Assembly: GCF_000143415.4 (NCBI RefSeq)
Contig: NW_003314268.1
Location: forward strand, 2,434,494-2,498,493
DNA: 64,000 bases
Direction: 5' to 3'
DNA from: Selaginella moellendorffii
Lineage: Eukaryota > Plantae > Lycopodiophyta
Shown here in pieces: positions 1 to 11,483 of the stretch; within the stretch, counting starts at the first letter, position 1; every line of letters starts with the position of its first letter. The notes below the pieces were generated by a model that had not been told where the DNA came from, made no database searches, and saw only the letters and a list, made by a program, of their open reading frames with translations. A program made the position numbers and the translations under genes.

Positions 1-74
1 AGTTTAGTTTTCTCTCTTCATTTCTTAGTTTCTCGCTTCCTTGCTATGAAGATCTTCTAACCTCTTGCTTGCAG

Positions 75-326
75 GCTCTAGAGTTCTTGAGTTCTCCTGA
101 GACTCTCGGCTACATCGTGGATTCGTCGCTCAAATCCTTCGATCTAAAGCAGCTGCTGGTTGTCTGCGATGTGATCCGGCTGTGCATTCATCCCGACTCG
201 AGCAAAAGGCCGACAATGAAGACGGTGGCGTCGATACTCTCCAAAGGATTAAACATCTCCCCCGAGGCGGCGCAACCAAAATGCTCACCACTCCTTTGGG
301 CGGAGCTCGAAATTCTCTCCAACTAG
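75..326 (+). CDS. Last exon of a receptor-like kinase (MDIS/MRH1-like C-terminus); upstream exons lie outside the window
   Basis: Pyrimidine-rich intron ends ttgcag at 74. The exon encodes kinase subdomain XI (CIHPDSSKRPTM) and the terminal PLLWAELEILS motif typical of this RLK group; TAG at 324-326. Confidence 0.8.
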   Translation, partial: ALEFLSSPETLGYIVDSSLKSFDLKQLLVVCDVIRLCIHPDSSKRPTMKTVASILSKGLNISPEAAQPKCSPLLWAELEILSN

Positions 327-591
327 AGTCCTCTTCTAAGCTTTTCTCATTCTTCTTCTTTTTTGGTCAGCTGTGTATAAACTTCAGTGCGGTTATCCCT
401 TAATCTTTCCCTTTATAGTGAAGACTTGCTTCCAAAGCTCCAAGATTAGGGTTTGTAGTGCTCTCTCTGGGTATGGCGCCGAGCAAGCTAAGGCACTGCC
501 GGCGATAGGACGATTCGGTGCTTCCGGAGCTCGGCATTGTTCTTCTGCTGTCGATAATCGGCGCTTGCAAGAGCGAGGTGCATTCGCAGCG

Positions 592-2447
592 ATGACTGTG
601 AGCGATCAGACCTCTGTCTATGTTGGCGGCTTGGCATACGATGTCACGGAGGACTTGATTCGCTCCACGTTCGAGGAGTTTGGAGAAATCGACAAAGTCA
701 AGGTGGGTTTTTTCGATCGAGCTCCTCTCTCTTTCTCCGCTTCGAGCATTCTTTGGTTTTTCTTTTCTTGTCTCCTGCCTGTTCCGTTGCTTCTTAGCTT
801 GTTTTTCACGGCGTTTGGAGGTTCTTTCTTTTCTCGCTTCATATGTTTATGGATGGAACGCAGTTGTGGCACTTATTTTGGAATTTTTTTCTCCCGGCGC
901 CGTTTTTTTGTTCGAATTTCTATGCAACGAAGATATCTTTTCGATCGAACTTGCCAAGTCCTTCGAAAGTTTCAGGCTTTTATATTGGGCTTTTCGTACT
1001 GGGTTTTCTTTCCTTCCTTGAGTGTATCCATGGCACTTCTAGGCATTTTTGTTAGCAGAATCTGTTATGTTTTTGATTTACTAAGTCCCTCTGGTGAGTT
1101 GGCCGAGTTCTTTTCTGTTTATTTCTTTGCGTCTTTCTTTTCCAGATTATTCAAGACCACGATGGGCAGTCCCGGGGCTATGGATTTATCACTTTTGCCA
1201 CTTCGGAGGCTGCTAATGGTGCCATCTACGGAATGAATGGAAAGGTATCCGTATTTTATTTTATTTTTCTTGTTTCTGTGTGAAGTATATATTCCATGAT
1301 TCAGGTTGTTGCTGGACGGTCCATCAGAGTGAACGAAGTGAAGAACCGGGGTGGCCGTGACTCGTACTCGTACAGAGACAGGGATAGCCGGAGGGATAGA
1401 GAAGACAGGCGGGACAGATACGGGTGAGATTGATTTTCTTTTTTTTTCTTTTTCTGTTCTTTTCTTTTCTATGAAAAGTCTCTAATGGCGATTGTCATCG
1501 CAGGCGCTATTCTCCAAAGCGAAGACGTCGTGACCGCTCTCCTTATTATCGTAGATATCGGTCTCCGCGAGACGGTTGTTCTCGATGGCTGCATTTTAAG
1601 TTAGCTAACTTTTTTCGATTCAGATACAAGCCGGTCCGTGAGTCCGTCTCCAGTTTCAAGCTACGATCGGTAAGAAGCTGAATTCAATGGAGAAAATAAT
1701 TTAATCGGAAGTTCTATTTTGCTCTTTTCAGCTACGACAGCACCAAAGCTGAGAAAACAAAAACCTCCAAGGAACATAACGGCGATAATAGCAAGGTTAG
1801 CCGTGTTTTCATCCATGTCCATCGTACTCAGTTCTTGCACTCATAGCAGGTGAAAGAGGAGCTTGCAAAAGCTCTTGAATTGCAACGAGATCGGCGGGAA
1901 CAGGTGGGCGTGCATCCTCGGTGTTGAACAGCTGCAACCGTGCGTTTTCTTTCGTTTGTGTCAGGTGGCGACTTTGCAAAGCGACCTCAACCGTGCGAAC
2001 AAAACAAGTGAAGAGATGCTGAACAAGAACAAGGTAAACTTTTCACCAAGGGAGGCAAGATGAGATAGTAACACAATCTTTGTCTCGCAAGCAGGGTCTG
2101 GAGCAGTCTCTGGCAAATGTTACGTCGATGTTCAACAGCCATCTTGACTACCTCAGACAGGTAAGAAATCAGCTCAAGTGTTTAGTGTTTTTTATTTTCT
2201 TTCTACGCAGATGAAACAAGCGTTTGCAGATGTGAGGAACTGCAAGGAGAAGCTGAGGCTCGCGGAGCATGACCTCGAGGTATTATTGAATGGCAAAACC
2301 TCAAACTTAAAGTTTCTTCACTCTTAAAACTTTTCGCCCGTGCAGATGGCGTTCACGGACGCAGTACTTGGCTTCGAAAGTTTGGACCCACCTCTCCCAC
2401 ACTCAAATGGGGAAATAAAGTACCTTGAGGCATCCAAGGGATTTTGA
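592..2447 (+). CDS. Multi-exon RRM protein with RD/RS-rich region and C-terminal coiled coil (SR-like RNA-binding protein)
   Basis: Exon 592-702 has RNP2 (VYVGGL). Exon 1146-1244 has RNP1 (RGYGFITF). Exon 1305-1423 reads VAGRSIRVNEV...RDRDSRRDREDRRDRY. Further short GT-AG-bounded exons lead to a last exon 2346-2447 ending TGA. Internal exon boundaries after 1504 are approximate. Confidence 0.8.
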
Positions 2448-4397
2448 GGGCGATGCCATTACGACTGCTTTGGATTGTTCTGAGCGACCAGGCTATCAGT
2501 CCAAAGGTACGTTGGTATTTTAACACAGGCAGCCGTGTTGTTGTTGTACGCAGATCAAATACATGTTTCATCCTATTTACACATACGAAGTACTTTCCCC
2601 TCACGTTTATAAGTTGCGGAATTCTCTTGCTGGCTTGGGACAGACACTGGCAATCTCCTTCTTTTCATCACTTAAACTACAACGAACCAAGGACAATTTT
2701 CTCCTTTCCAGCTAGCTTTCGCTCTCTGTCCATGGTTCGTTCTTTCTTTACATTTCTTTCTATAGTTCTTGCTTAAATGTGGGCTTGTGTTGTTTTCCCA
2801 GTGGATCTCTCCTCAAAGCTATCGGCTTTTCCCTCTTTTTTCTTGAGTTGCACTGTGGCCGCTCGCTCTCTCTTCTTTTACTGCAAGACTAGGACGTGAC
2901 GGACAGCTCCGGCGGAGTTTTTATGGCTTGTTTGACTTCGCTTCCTTTTCAGATATCTGGGGGCTTATCGCGATCAAGCGATTTTCTCGCGTGAGACGAG
3001 CCGGCAAGGAAAGGAAAGATTTCCACAGGCGCGCATGAGGGAAATGCTATGGAGTGTTACAACGTGCCAAAGTAATCACATCGTCACACAGGCATGATCT
3101 CTGGCGTGGTGGTTTCATAGCGAGATTTTGGCCGAGGAGAGAAAAAGATCCCCACTGTGGATGATCGGCGTAGCGTGGGGAGATGATTTGCCATACTGTG
3201 GCTAGTTTTGATGGATGGAATAAAAAACAAATGTAACTAAAATTCGGTGGATATTCGTCGTGATGCAGACATTGCGTCTTACACACTCTATATGGGCTAG
3301 TGGTCGTGCACATGCAAGCATACGACAGTGAAAGAGACTAAGCCTTACCAAAAGGTGGTGGAAACGTTAGAATATGCATTGTTATGTGAAAGGTGACGAA
3401 GGTGTTTCTAGGGCATGACGTGCGGGGTTGCTGCGAGGCACGTCTTTGGGGGACGAGAACGAGGCATCATGGTGCGTGGAGTTTTCAGTTTTCTGGGCCA
3501 TATATTTTTCAAGGGGACGGGGTCTCTATTCCAGTAATTAAAGGGAAGTTTGGACGTCACACGCACACGGCAGTTGCCGAATCAAAGGTGTAAACTGCGA
3601 AGTTTTAACAGAAGCTCTCTTTTCCTAGTTTTTGGCCGCGACTGTGATCTCGACAGCAGCCGAAAGCCTCCTTCCGCCCAGCTCGTGATTTCCTGAGAAA
3701 AAAAAAACAAAACAAAACCACGTGTGAAGAAATATTTTATAATGTTTACAGTGTACTGACGCATTCAAACCGAAAGTTCCAATCGCAATCGAGAGCCATT
3801 TTGTCCTGGCAAATATTTTCAAGCCTAGCCATATGCTGGTCATTTCTCCCAAGGTTTTTCATTCCATTGTACGGAAGGTCTCCTATAGTCAGAATTGTAT
3901 GAATGGCAATCAGCCACCCACCGCCGCATTGGAAACCGCCAACTTTTGCCAAAAGAAATGGTACGCCACCTTTGCGAAAATAGTTAAATGGGAAAGAAAG
4001 AAAGTAAAAGGTGGTATTTTAAAGGTGGAAGTGAATAGGGTTTAGAGTTTTCCAGAGACGGAGATCGTGTGTCTGTGTGTGTGCTGCGTCTGGAGCTGTC
4101 GGTGGTATCAAAAGAAAGAGAACGAAAGCTTGCTCGCTTCGCCCTTCTATCGATTTTGGATCTAAGTTGCTTCTCCATGCTTGCTGAGAGTTTCTGGAAA
4201 AGTTTCGAGCAAGAAAGAGTAGCTTCTTGCCTTGTGGAGACCACTACTGTTGTTCTTTGCTTTGCTTGATTCACGCGCAAGATCGAGAGAACCCTCGCTC
4301 TTGAAAGGATCAAGCGTTTCTTTCGGGGAGGGATTGATCAAGGCAAAGATGGCGACGCGGGAGTATCTCAGCTAGGAACCGATCGAGGGGGAAGGAG

Positions 4398-6015
4398 ATG
4401 GTGTTTAGGAAACGCTCCGAGTCGCCGGCCGTGGCAATGCTGGGCGAGGCGCTGCCGCCGCTGCTCGAATTCCCGGACAAATTCGCGGCCAAGAACAGCA
4501 ACGGCGTCAAGGGATGGGTGAAAGAACAGCTGGAAAATCACTTGCAACACCTCGGCCTCCGCGGCAGCGGCGGAATCGCTCAATGCAGCAAGCGCTTCAG
4601 AGCCAGGCAGCTGCTGGCGACGCTGGGAATTTCTCTCGGCCCTTTCCCGGTTGGAAAGATTCCTCCCACCGTCAGCCCCAAAGACAGCCCAATTGTAAGT
4701 TCTGAATCCATTCTCTCTCGCGATTCTTTGAGTGATCCGAGCTCGAGGGTCCGATCGTGTCGCGGAATTCCAAGTGGGTTCCTCTTCTTGCGCTGGAATT
4801 GCTTTGATCGAGTGCTCTGTTTGCCGCGGAAATTGGTCTTTTCTTAGGAGTGGATTCTCGGTGAATTCGCTCGATCTTTGGTTCTTGCGCTCGCGTGTTC
4901 TTGGATTTGATCTCTCGAGGTTCGATCTCTCATCCAATGCTCGATCTTTTTGCCAGGAAACGAGCAGCGCCCAGTACATCGTCCAGCAGTACATTGCCGC
5001 CACGGGGGGAGCAAAGCTCCACACGTCCATCCACAACTCGTACGCCTCGGGGAGACTAAAGATGGTGCTCACGGAATTCGAGTCCACCGCCGGCGGCGCG
5101 CAAATGCCCACCACCACCACCTCCACCACCACCAGCGGTATCGCCACCGCCGCTTCCGCCACCGCCAGCAGCATCATCCGGCCCGGGAGGGAGCTCTGCG
5201 AGTCCGGCAGCTTCGTCCTCTGGCAGATGTTCCCGGACAGATGGTACGTGGAGCTGTCGGTGGGCGGTACCAAGGTCCGCGCGGGCTGCGACGCCAAGAC
5301 GGTGTGGAAGCAGAGCCCCCTGGCGGGATCGCAGTCGGTCCGCGGGCCAATCCGGCCGCTGCGCCGCGCGCTGCACGGCCTCGACCACAAGACGCTCGCC
5401 TCCATGTTCCTCAACGCGCGGTGTGTGGGCGAGAAGCGCACGGACGGCGAGGACTGCTTCGTGCTCAAGCTGGCGGCGGACTCTTATGCGCTTACCGCCG
5501 GATACCGCGCGGTACCTCCGGCAGACGCCTCCGCCGCGCGTCACGGGGCCGGGGCCGACCCCGCGGACCCCGAGGTCGAGGAGGAGGTGATACGCCACGT
5601 GGCGTTCGGCTACTTCAGCCAGCGGTCAGGATTGCTGGTGAGGATGGAGGACTCGCAGCTGACGAGGATCCAGGCGGCGCGCGGCGCGGTGTCCTACTGG
5701 GAGGTGACGGTGGAGACGCGGCTTGGGGAGTACCGCGCGGTGGAGGAAGGGGCGCCGGTGGTACCGCACGCCGGCAGCACGGTGGTGAGCGTGTTTCGAT
5801 TCGGGGAGGAGTCCATGTGCCACACACGCAGCCGGGTGGAGGAGTCGTGGTGGATCGACGAGGCGGCCTACAATGTGGCGGGTCTCTCGGCCGAGTGCTT
5901 CATACCGCCGTGCGACGCGACGCCCGCGCCCATGGCTAGTGACGCCGGCGAGATGTTTGCGCAGCACGACGGCTTCAAGGACCAAAATCTCGGGAGCAGC
6001 CATAGCCTCTGGTAG
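4398..6015 (+). CDS. DUF620 family plant protein, two exons (4398-4694, 4957-6015)
   Basis: KDSPI|ETSSAQYIVQQYIAATGG across intron gtaag(4695)..ccag(4956). ESGSFVLWQM, RGPIRPLRRALHGLD, GYFSQRSGLLVRMEDSQL and YNVAGLSAECFIPP are DUF620 signatures. Confidence 0.9.
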
Positions 6016-6077
6016 TAGTTTCTTTAGCTCCAGGTAGAGGAAGGAGGAATATTCCATGGCTCGTCCACTTGGCAGTG

Positions 6078-6170
6078 TGACGTGGAAAAATGACGCGTGT
6101 CAATGTTTCAGATTGACACGTGTACACGTTCTGTGGAATATTTCTTGCGCGTAAGAATCTCACACGTGTA
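6078..6170. promoter_or_regulatory. Cluster of ACGT-core ABRE/G-box motifs plus a CE3-like element directly upstream of the phosphoesterase gene
   Basis: TGACGTGG (6078), ACGCGTGTC (6093, CE3 consensus), GACACGTGTACACGTT (6115) and CACACGTGTA (6161) all fall within ~95 bp of a ~195 bp intergenic gap. Confidence 0.5.
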
Positions 6171-6209
6171 AAGTACGGTATTTCGGTTATTCTTTTGATT
6201 CGTCTTGCA

Positions 6210-7550
6210 ATGTTGCCGTGTTCTAGGGTTTTAGCGATGGGGGGAGGGCGCGTCATCGCGGTCGTCGGCGACGTGGTAAGCAGCTCGATCGAAATATCTT
6301 TATTCTTTTCCGATGGATCGATCGCTTAGCATGGGAGCTGGAATTCGAGCGTGGACGAGCAAGCATTGCGGCACATCAATGTGAGTCTCGGGGTTTTGAT
6401 TTTCCGGGATTTTCCGGCTCTGACACTTTCTTTTTAGCCGGATCTCGTCCTCTTCACCGGTAGAAATTATGCTTCTTGGGGCGATCACTCATTCCTTCCG
6501 ACTAAGCAGGAGATTTTGGAAATGAGGACGTGGAATTGGTGGAGGAGGTGTCGAAGTTGGACATGGCAAAGGCTGTGATCTTGGGAAACCATGACTGCTG
6601 GTACAGTGGAAGATATGCCTCTAAAACTTCCAGCGCAGTGCTCCAACAGCACAGACTGTAAGTGATGGTTTTCTTTTTCTTCTCCTTTCAAGTCTCTAAA
6701 GTCTTTGCTTTGCAGCCTCGGGGAGAGCCATGTCGGATTCAAGCGTCTGGAATTTCCTGGGCTGAAAATCTCAGTCGTTGGCTCGCGGCCTTTTTCCATG
6801 GGAGGTCCTCGCAAAGCGTTCTTCGGGTTTCCATACTGCAAGGAGATGTAAGGCTTGCCAATCCATTCTTTTCATTTCTTTTGGTGCCTAAGTAAGGATT
6901 CATCTTTACATTTTGTTTTCTTTCTTTCTTTCTGAATGCAGGTACGGTATCCATAGTCTCGAGGAAAGCGCAACAAAGATCTCGGAGCTTGCTCTCGGTG
7001 CTCCAAAAGAGCATGCGATCATTGTGCTCGGCCATAATGGACCCACTGGTAAGCTTTTATTTCTCTGTTTTCTTCTCCACAAGCTTTCTTCTGGCAGGGC
7101 TGGGATCAAGTCCCGACGATATCTGCGGACGAGATTTCGACCCCGGCGCTGGCGACCATGGCGATCCCGGTATGAAGCTCCATCGTGTTACACTCAATCG
7201 CTAGCGAATGACTTGTTTTTGCTCTGGATTTTGTGTTTATAGATCTGGAAGAAGCACTCAAGTCGTGCGAAGGCAAATGCGAGATACCACTGGTGGTGTT
7301 CGGCCACATGCACAAGGAGTTGCTGTGCGGAGGCGAGCGAAAAATGACCGCGGTTGGAAGCAATGGAACCGTGTACGTGAACGGCGCAGTGGTACCGCGG
7401 GAGCGAAGCAAGAGCTCCGAGAGGGCGTTCACGGTGGTGACACTGGCCGACGACAACAGGGTGGACAAGGTCACCGAGACGTGGGTGAGAATCAAGGGTA
7501 AGCAAGTCGACACTGTGGCTGAGAGCGTATTGTTCCCACTGGATGAATAA
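6210..7550 (+). CDS. Calcineurin-like metallophosphoesterase, TIGR04168/DevT-like, about 8 exons
   Basis: Spliced motifs IAVVGDV|HG, PDLVLFTG|DFGNE, VILGNHDCW, LGHNGPTG|LGS...DICGRD, GDHGDP|DL, VVFGHMH and YVNGAVVPR; stop at 7548-7550. The start could be the ATG at 6210 or 6237. Confidence 0.85.
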
Positions 7551-8031
7551 GCAAGCTTTAGTAATAAGCGTAAGAAAAAATTACCCAAAGGAACAAAACT
7601 TCGTGGATTTATCACGAACCAGCAGGCTGTGGTTGGCAGAAATCTTAGAAGCAGCGAAAGGCGATTATAGACGCCGAAGAGAGACGAGAGGTTTTACAAG
7701 CCGGACGACGACGTGGTGAATTCCAATGCTTGAAACGAGTTTCCCTTCTTCTGGTAAGCATCAGTTCGGTTCACATGAGAAAAGTAATTTGCGGTTTTCT
7801 ATAGTAGTCGACATATCGAACAGTTTTTTCTGCGACACATGTGTTTCTATTGCGGCGTGGGTGCCTCGCAATCGTGTATTACGTGTTTTAGTGTTCCCTG
7901 TTTGCTTGGCGTCTTTTAAATGTTGTGGTCAAAGGTGGCATTCAACAACTTGTTTCTGCGAGTATTTATACGTGTAGTCCTGTCCCTCTGGAGCGAATCA
8001 CACAGTCTTTCTCGAATCTAACTCTTCTTTC

Positions 8032-8909
8032 ATGGCCAGCATTGCCGCTCCCTGCCCTTCCCGCCTTGCGACGACGACGACGACGCGTTTGCCCGCGGGG
8101 GTGGATCCTTTGCGGCTCCCCAACCACGTTGCGATGATCATGGACGGAAATTCGCGGTGGGCAAAGGCGCGGGGGATCGCCAAGGAGTTCCAGCTGCGAG
8201 CCGCGGCGGAGGCGTGCTACTCCAACGCCCGGGAGATCGTGAGGTTGTCCAGCGACTGGGGGATCAAGGCGCTCACGCTCTTTGCCTTCTCCACCGAGAA
8301 TTTCTTGCGGCCCAGGGAGGAGGTGGATCAGTGGATGCAGCAATTTGAAAGAGTTCTCAGCCTCGATGACCCTGCCACCATGCTGCTGTGAGTGGCGTTT
8401 CTATAGCTTTGCTGGTCCGAATGAATTGGATTGACTCGTGTGGATTTCTGGTCAGGGATGGGATCCAATTCCACTGCATTGGCGACACTGCAAGGCTCCC
8501 GCGCACCCTCCAGGACAAGATCTCGGAAGCGCAATGCATCACCAGCGGCAACACGGGGATGAAATTCGTCATGGCGATTGGCTATGGCGGGCACAGTGAT
8601 CTGGTCCAGGCGTGCAAGGCGCTGGCACGCGAGGTGCAGCAGGGGAAACTGGCTGTGCAGGACATCGATCAGATCAACCTGTCAAGGAGATTGATGCTAG
8701 GCGAGCGGTGCGAGGATGTTGGCGCGCCGGAGCTGCTCGTTCGCACCAGCGGCGAGCAGCGGCTGAGCAATTTCATGCTGTGGCATCTCGCCTACTCAGA
8801 GCTCGTGTTTGAGAAGAAGCTCTGGCCGGATTTTGGAGAGGAGGAGTACAAGAATGCCCTGGTGGCGTTCCAAGGGCGCAAGAGAACGTTGGGAGTGAGG
8901 CACTCTTGA
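8032..8909 (+). CDS. cis-prenyltransferase (UPPS/DHDDS family) with atypical active-site residues; exons 8032-8387 and 8456-8909
   Basis: PNHVAMIMDGNSRWA, LTLFAFSTEN, YGG, RTSGEQRLSNFMLW and LWPDF; the 68 bp intron gtgagt..gtcag restores the frame. Confidence 0.9.
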
Positions 8910-10007
8910 CAAACACAAAAGGTCAAAATGCATATTGTGACTATCATCAATTATGTAGAAAATATTCTTTTAATGTAATATTTTATATCAAATTGTGAGG
9001 TGTACAATTATGATGCTATATATTAATATTAGCATAGTAGAATTTTGGTAGCCGTCAAATTAATTTTAATTTGGACCACTTGCTTTTATATATAAATTAG
9101 GGTTTTTGGGCTAATTAATATGTATATTTTTATTCCATTTTTATATTCCCTGCACTCCCATGGGTGGAGATGAGAAATAACTTTAATTATCCTTAAGGAG
9201 TGCTTGGATTTAGAATTATGCTTTAGATCTAGTTTTTGCAAAATCTAAATCTCCCTTTCCTTATAGCTTTTTTCAATTTCTTTTATTTTATTTTATTCCT
9301 TTTCATTAGCATAGAATAGATAGCAACCTCTTCCTCCTTTAACTATAGAGTAGCAATTGGTGCAATTATTGGATGCTATGTTGTTATAATTGAACAATTA
9401 AACTTAATTGATGGTGACATTCATGGTGTGTGGTACAACTTTTTCTACCCTTGCTACCAATCCTCAAGTTCGGCTAAAGTTCTTCTATAAAAATCCTAGA
9501 GATGATATGTACCATTAGTTCGATCACTTCATAATAATTGCCATATATCATTCTTGGGATGATGTTCAGAGTTTGTGTGAATTTCTCATATGTCTTCAAG
9601 GGATGGCATTGTAATAGTATAATAGTTTGAGCATAGCTACTTGATGATTGGAGCATTCTCTTGGAAGTCTTCAAATGTGTATTTGGATATGCCGATGATT
9701 GTGATAATGCCTTTCAACAATTGCATCATCTTTGTCAAAAGCTATTTAAATCTATGATGCAATTTGGCATTTTTTTTTCAAAGTCTTTTGCTTCATGTGG
9801 AGTCTAATATATTAGAGTGGATCAAGTTGGGAATGTTGTGGCCAAAACTTCGTCAAGATTTTGTAGGACTTGTGCATGCACTTGCTCCAACCACCCTTGA
9901 TGATGCTCTTTGCTTGACATAATATTATGAGATATCACCTCTTCCACTTCTCGCTGTATGTCATTCAGCTCCACTTCCTATGAGAAATAGTCATGTTCTA
10001 ATGAAGG

Positions 10008-11483
10008 TGTAAGACACAAAATCCCTAGGCCCCAAAGAGGAGCCGAAAGAGTGCCACGTGGTAGTGGCTGAAGTGAAACAAACGTAACACATTTGGACTG
10101 AAAGCTCCGACTTGAAAGGTCGAGAGCGGGAGTGGAACTCCCAACGGAGTGCTCAAGGAACGAGCATGAAGTGGGACCAAGATGGAGTCCGAGATGGACC
10201 GAGATGGAGTCCAAGATGGACTCGAGATGGAGTCCAATATGGAGTCTGAGATGGACCTGAGATGGAGTCCGAGATGGAGTCCGAAAAGGACCCGAGATGG
10301 AGTCCGAGAAGGACCCGAGATGGAGTCCGAAGTCGAGACCGAGATCGAGATCGGGACCGAGACCGAGACCGGGACCGAGACTGAGACCGGGACTGAGACC
10401 GAGACCGAGACCGGGACCGAGACCGAGACCGGGACCAAGGCTGAGGCCGAGACCGAGCCCAAGGCCGAGTCCGAGTCCGACTCTGAGAGGGTGAAAGCCC
10501 AAAGCGTTCGTCTCCCAGACCCTAAGGGGTTTGGTGAGCTCCAAAAGTATAGTAAGGGGGAGGACTCCAGTGGAGCCAGTTTGGCTAGGAAAGGCTAGTT
10601 TGGACTAGGAAGGCTGCACCCAGGTGTTGGGTGAAGGGATAACCACTAGGAAGTCCAAGACTAGAGTGAATATGGACCGGCAAGCGGGGTAGCTTGGTGA
10701 AGTGTTCAAGAGCCGGCTTTAGTTCCCCCGGGAGATCGACTGGCTGATGCTCGCACTTCAAGTGTGGGTGGCACTACCTACTTGGATATTTGGCGTGGCT
10801 CAATGGAACCTCGCTCTAAACCCATGGCTAGAGCACCTAAAGGCGGAAGGTGGGGAGAGTACCCATGAGGCCCGCGTAAGGCCACGATGTTCCGAAATGT
10901 TGTCCCAAAGTCTCAGTTTATGGAAAAGAAGAGGAGTAGCCCTCTGGTGTGGTGACCAAGGACACAGTCACACAGTGAAGAAGTCCTACAGGACAATGGG
11001 ACTTAGTGGTCAGGCCCGTGGGCCTTGATCCAGTGGCAGTGTTGGCGAACATGGCCAAGGACAAAAAGGGACTTAGTGGAGACTGGAATAGAGATATTGG
11101 GGAAGGTTATTCCTCATGTCTGTAGGCATCCTAAGGATGCTAAGGAGTGGATCTAGGATGACCACTCATGGGCGAATGACCCAGTCTTGGAGAGATGGGA
11201 TTGCAATGCAGGTGGTGTTAGACCACCAATGTGACCAAGGTGAATGAGTGTGGCCTAGCGTAACGGGCTCATATGTCGGTGGTACCTTGGGGTGTCGATC
11301 ATGGGATTGGACACGTGGAGCACTTGGACCAAGTGCAAAGGTTGAGTGGCATGGATGCCATTCTCAGGGCTAGCAAGCCCCAAGTTTTGAATAGGATTTA
11401 TGAAGGTTGTGAATGAGACTCCTCCAAGTGGTCGGAGGTGTAGTTAAGTGACTAAAGTAAAATGGAAAAATTAGTCACTTACA
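10008..11483 (+). repeat. Family A 5' LTR containing GAGATGGAGTCC 12-mer and GAGACC/GAGTCC 6-mer tandem arrays (~10178-10485)
   Basis: Direct repeat of 22607-24057; termini TGTAAG..CTTACA. Confidence 0.9.

Noticed and set aside
373-1236. 287 aa ORF with a hydrophobic middle
   Set aside because: It is read-through of 5' leader, RRM exon 1 and a T-rich intron; splicing gives the coherent RRM.
2450-4340. Short ORFs between the RRM and DUF620 genes
   Set aside because: No motifs or consistent exon chain; treated as UTR, intron and promoter sequence.
7620-7760. Exon-like stretch ending in GGTAAG upstream of the cis-PT gene
   Set aside because: Stops interrupt the plausible frames; it may be a 5' UTR exon, but this is unsupported without transcripts.
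10178-10485. Regular short repeats resembling a CRISPR array
   Set aside because: There are no unique spacers; they are head-to-tail 6-12-mers inside a plant LTR.
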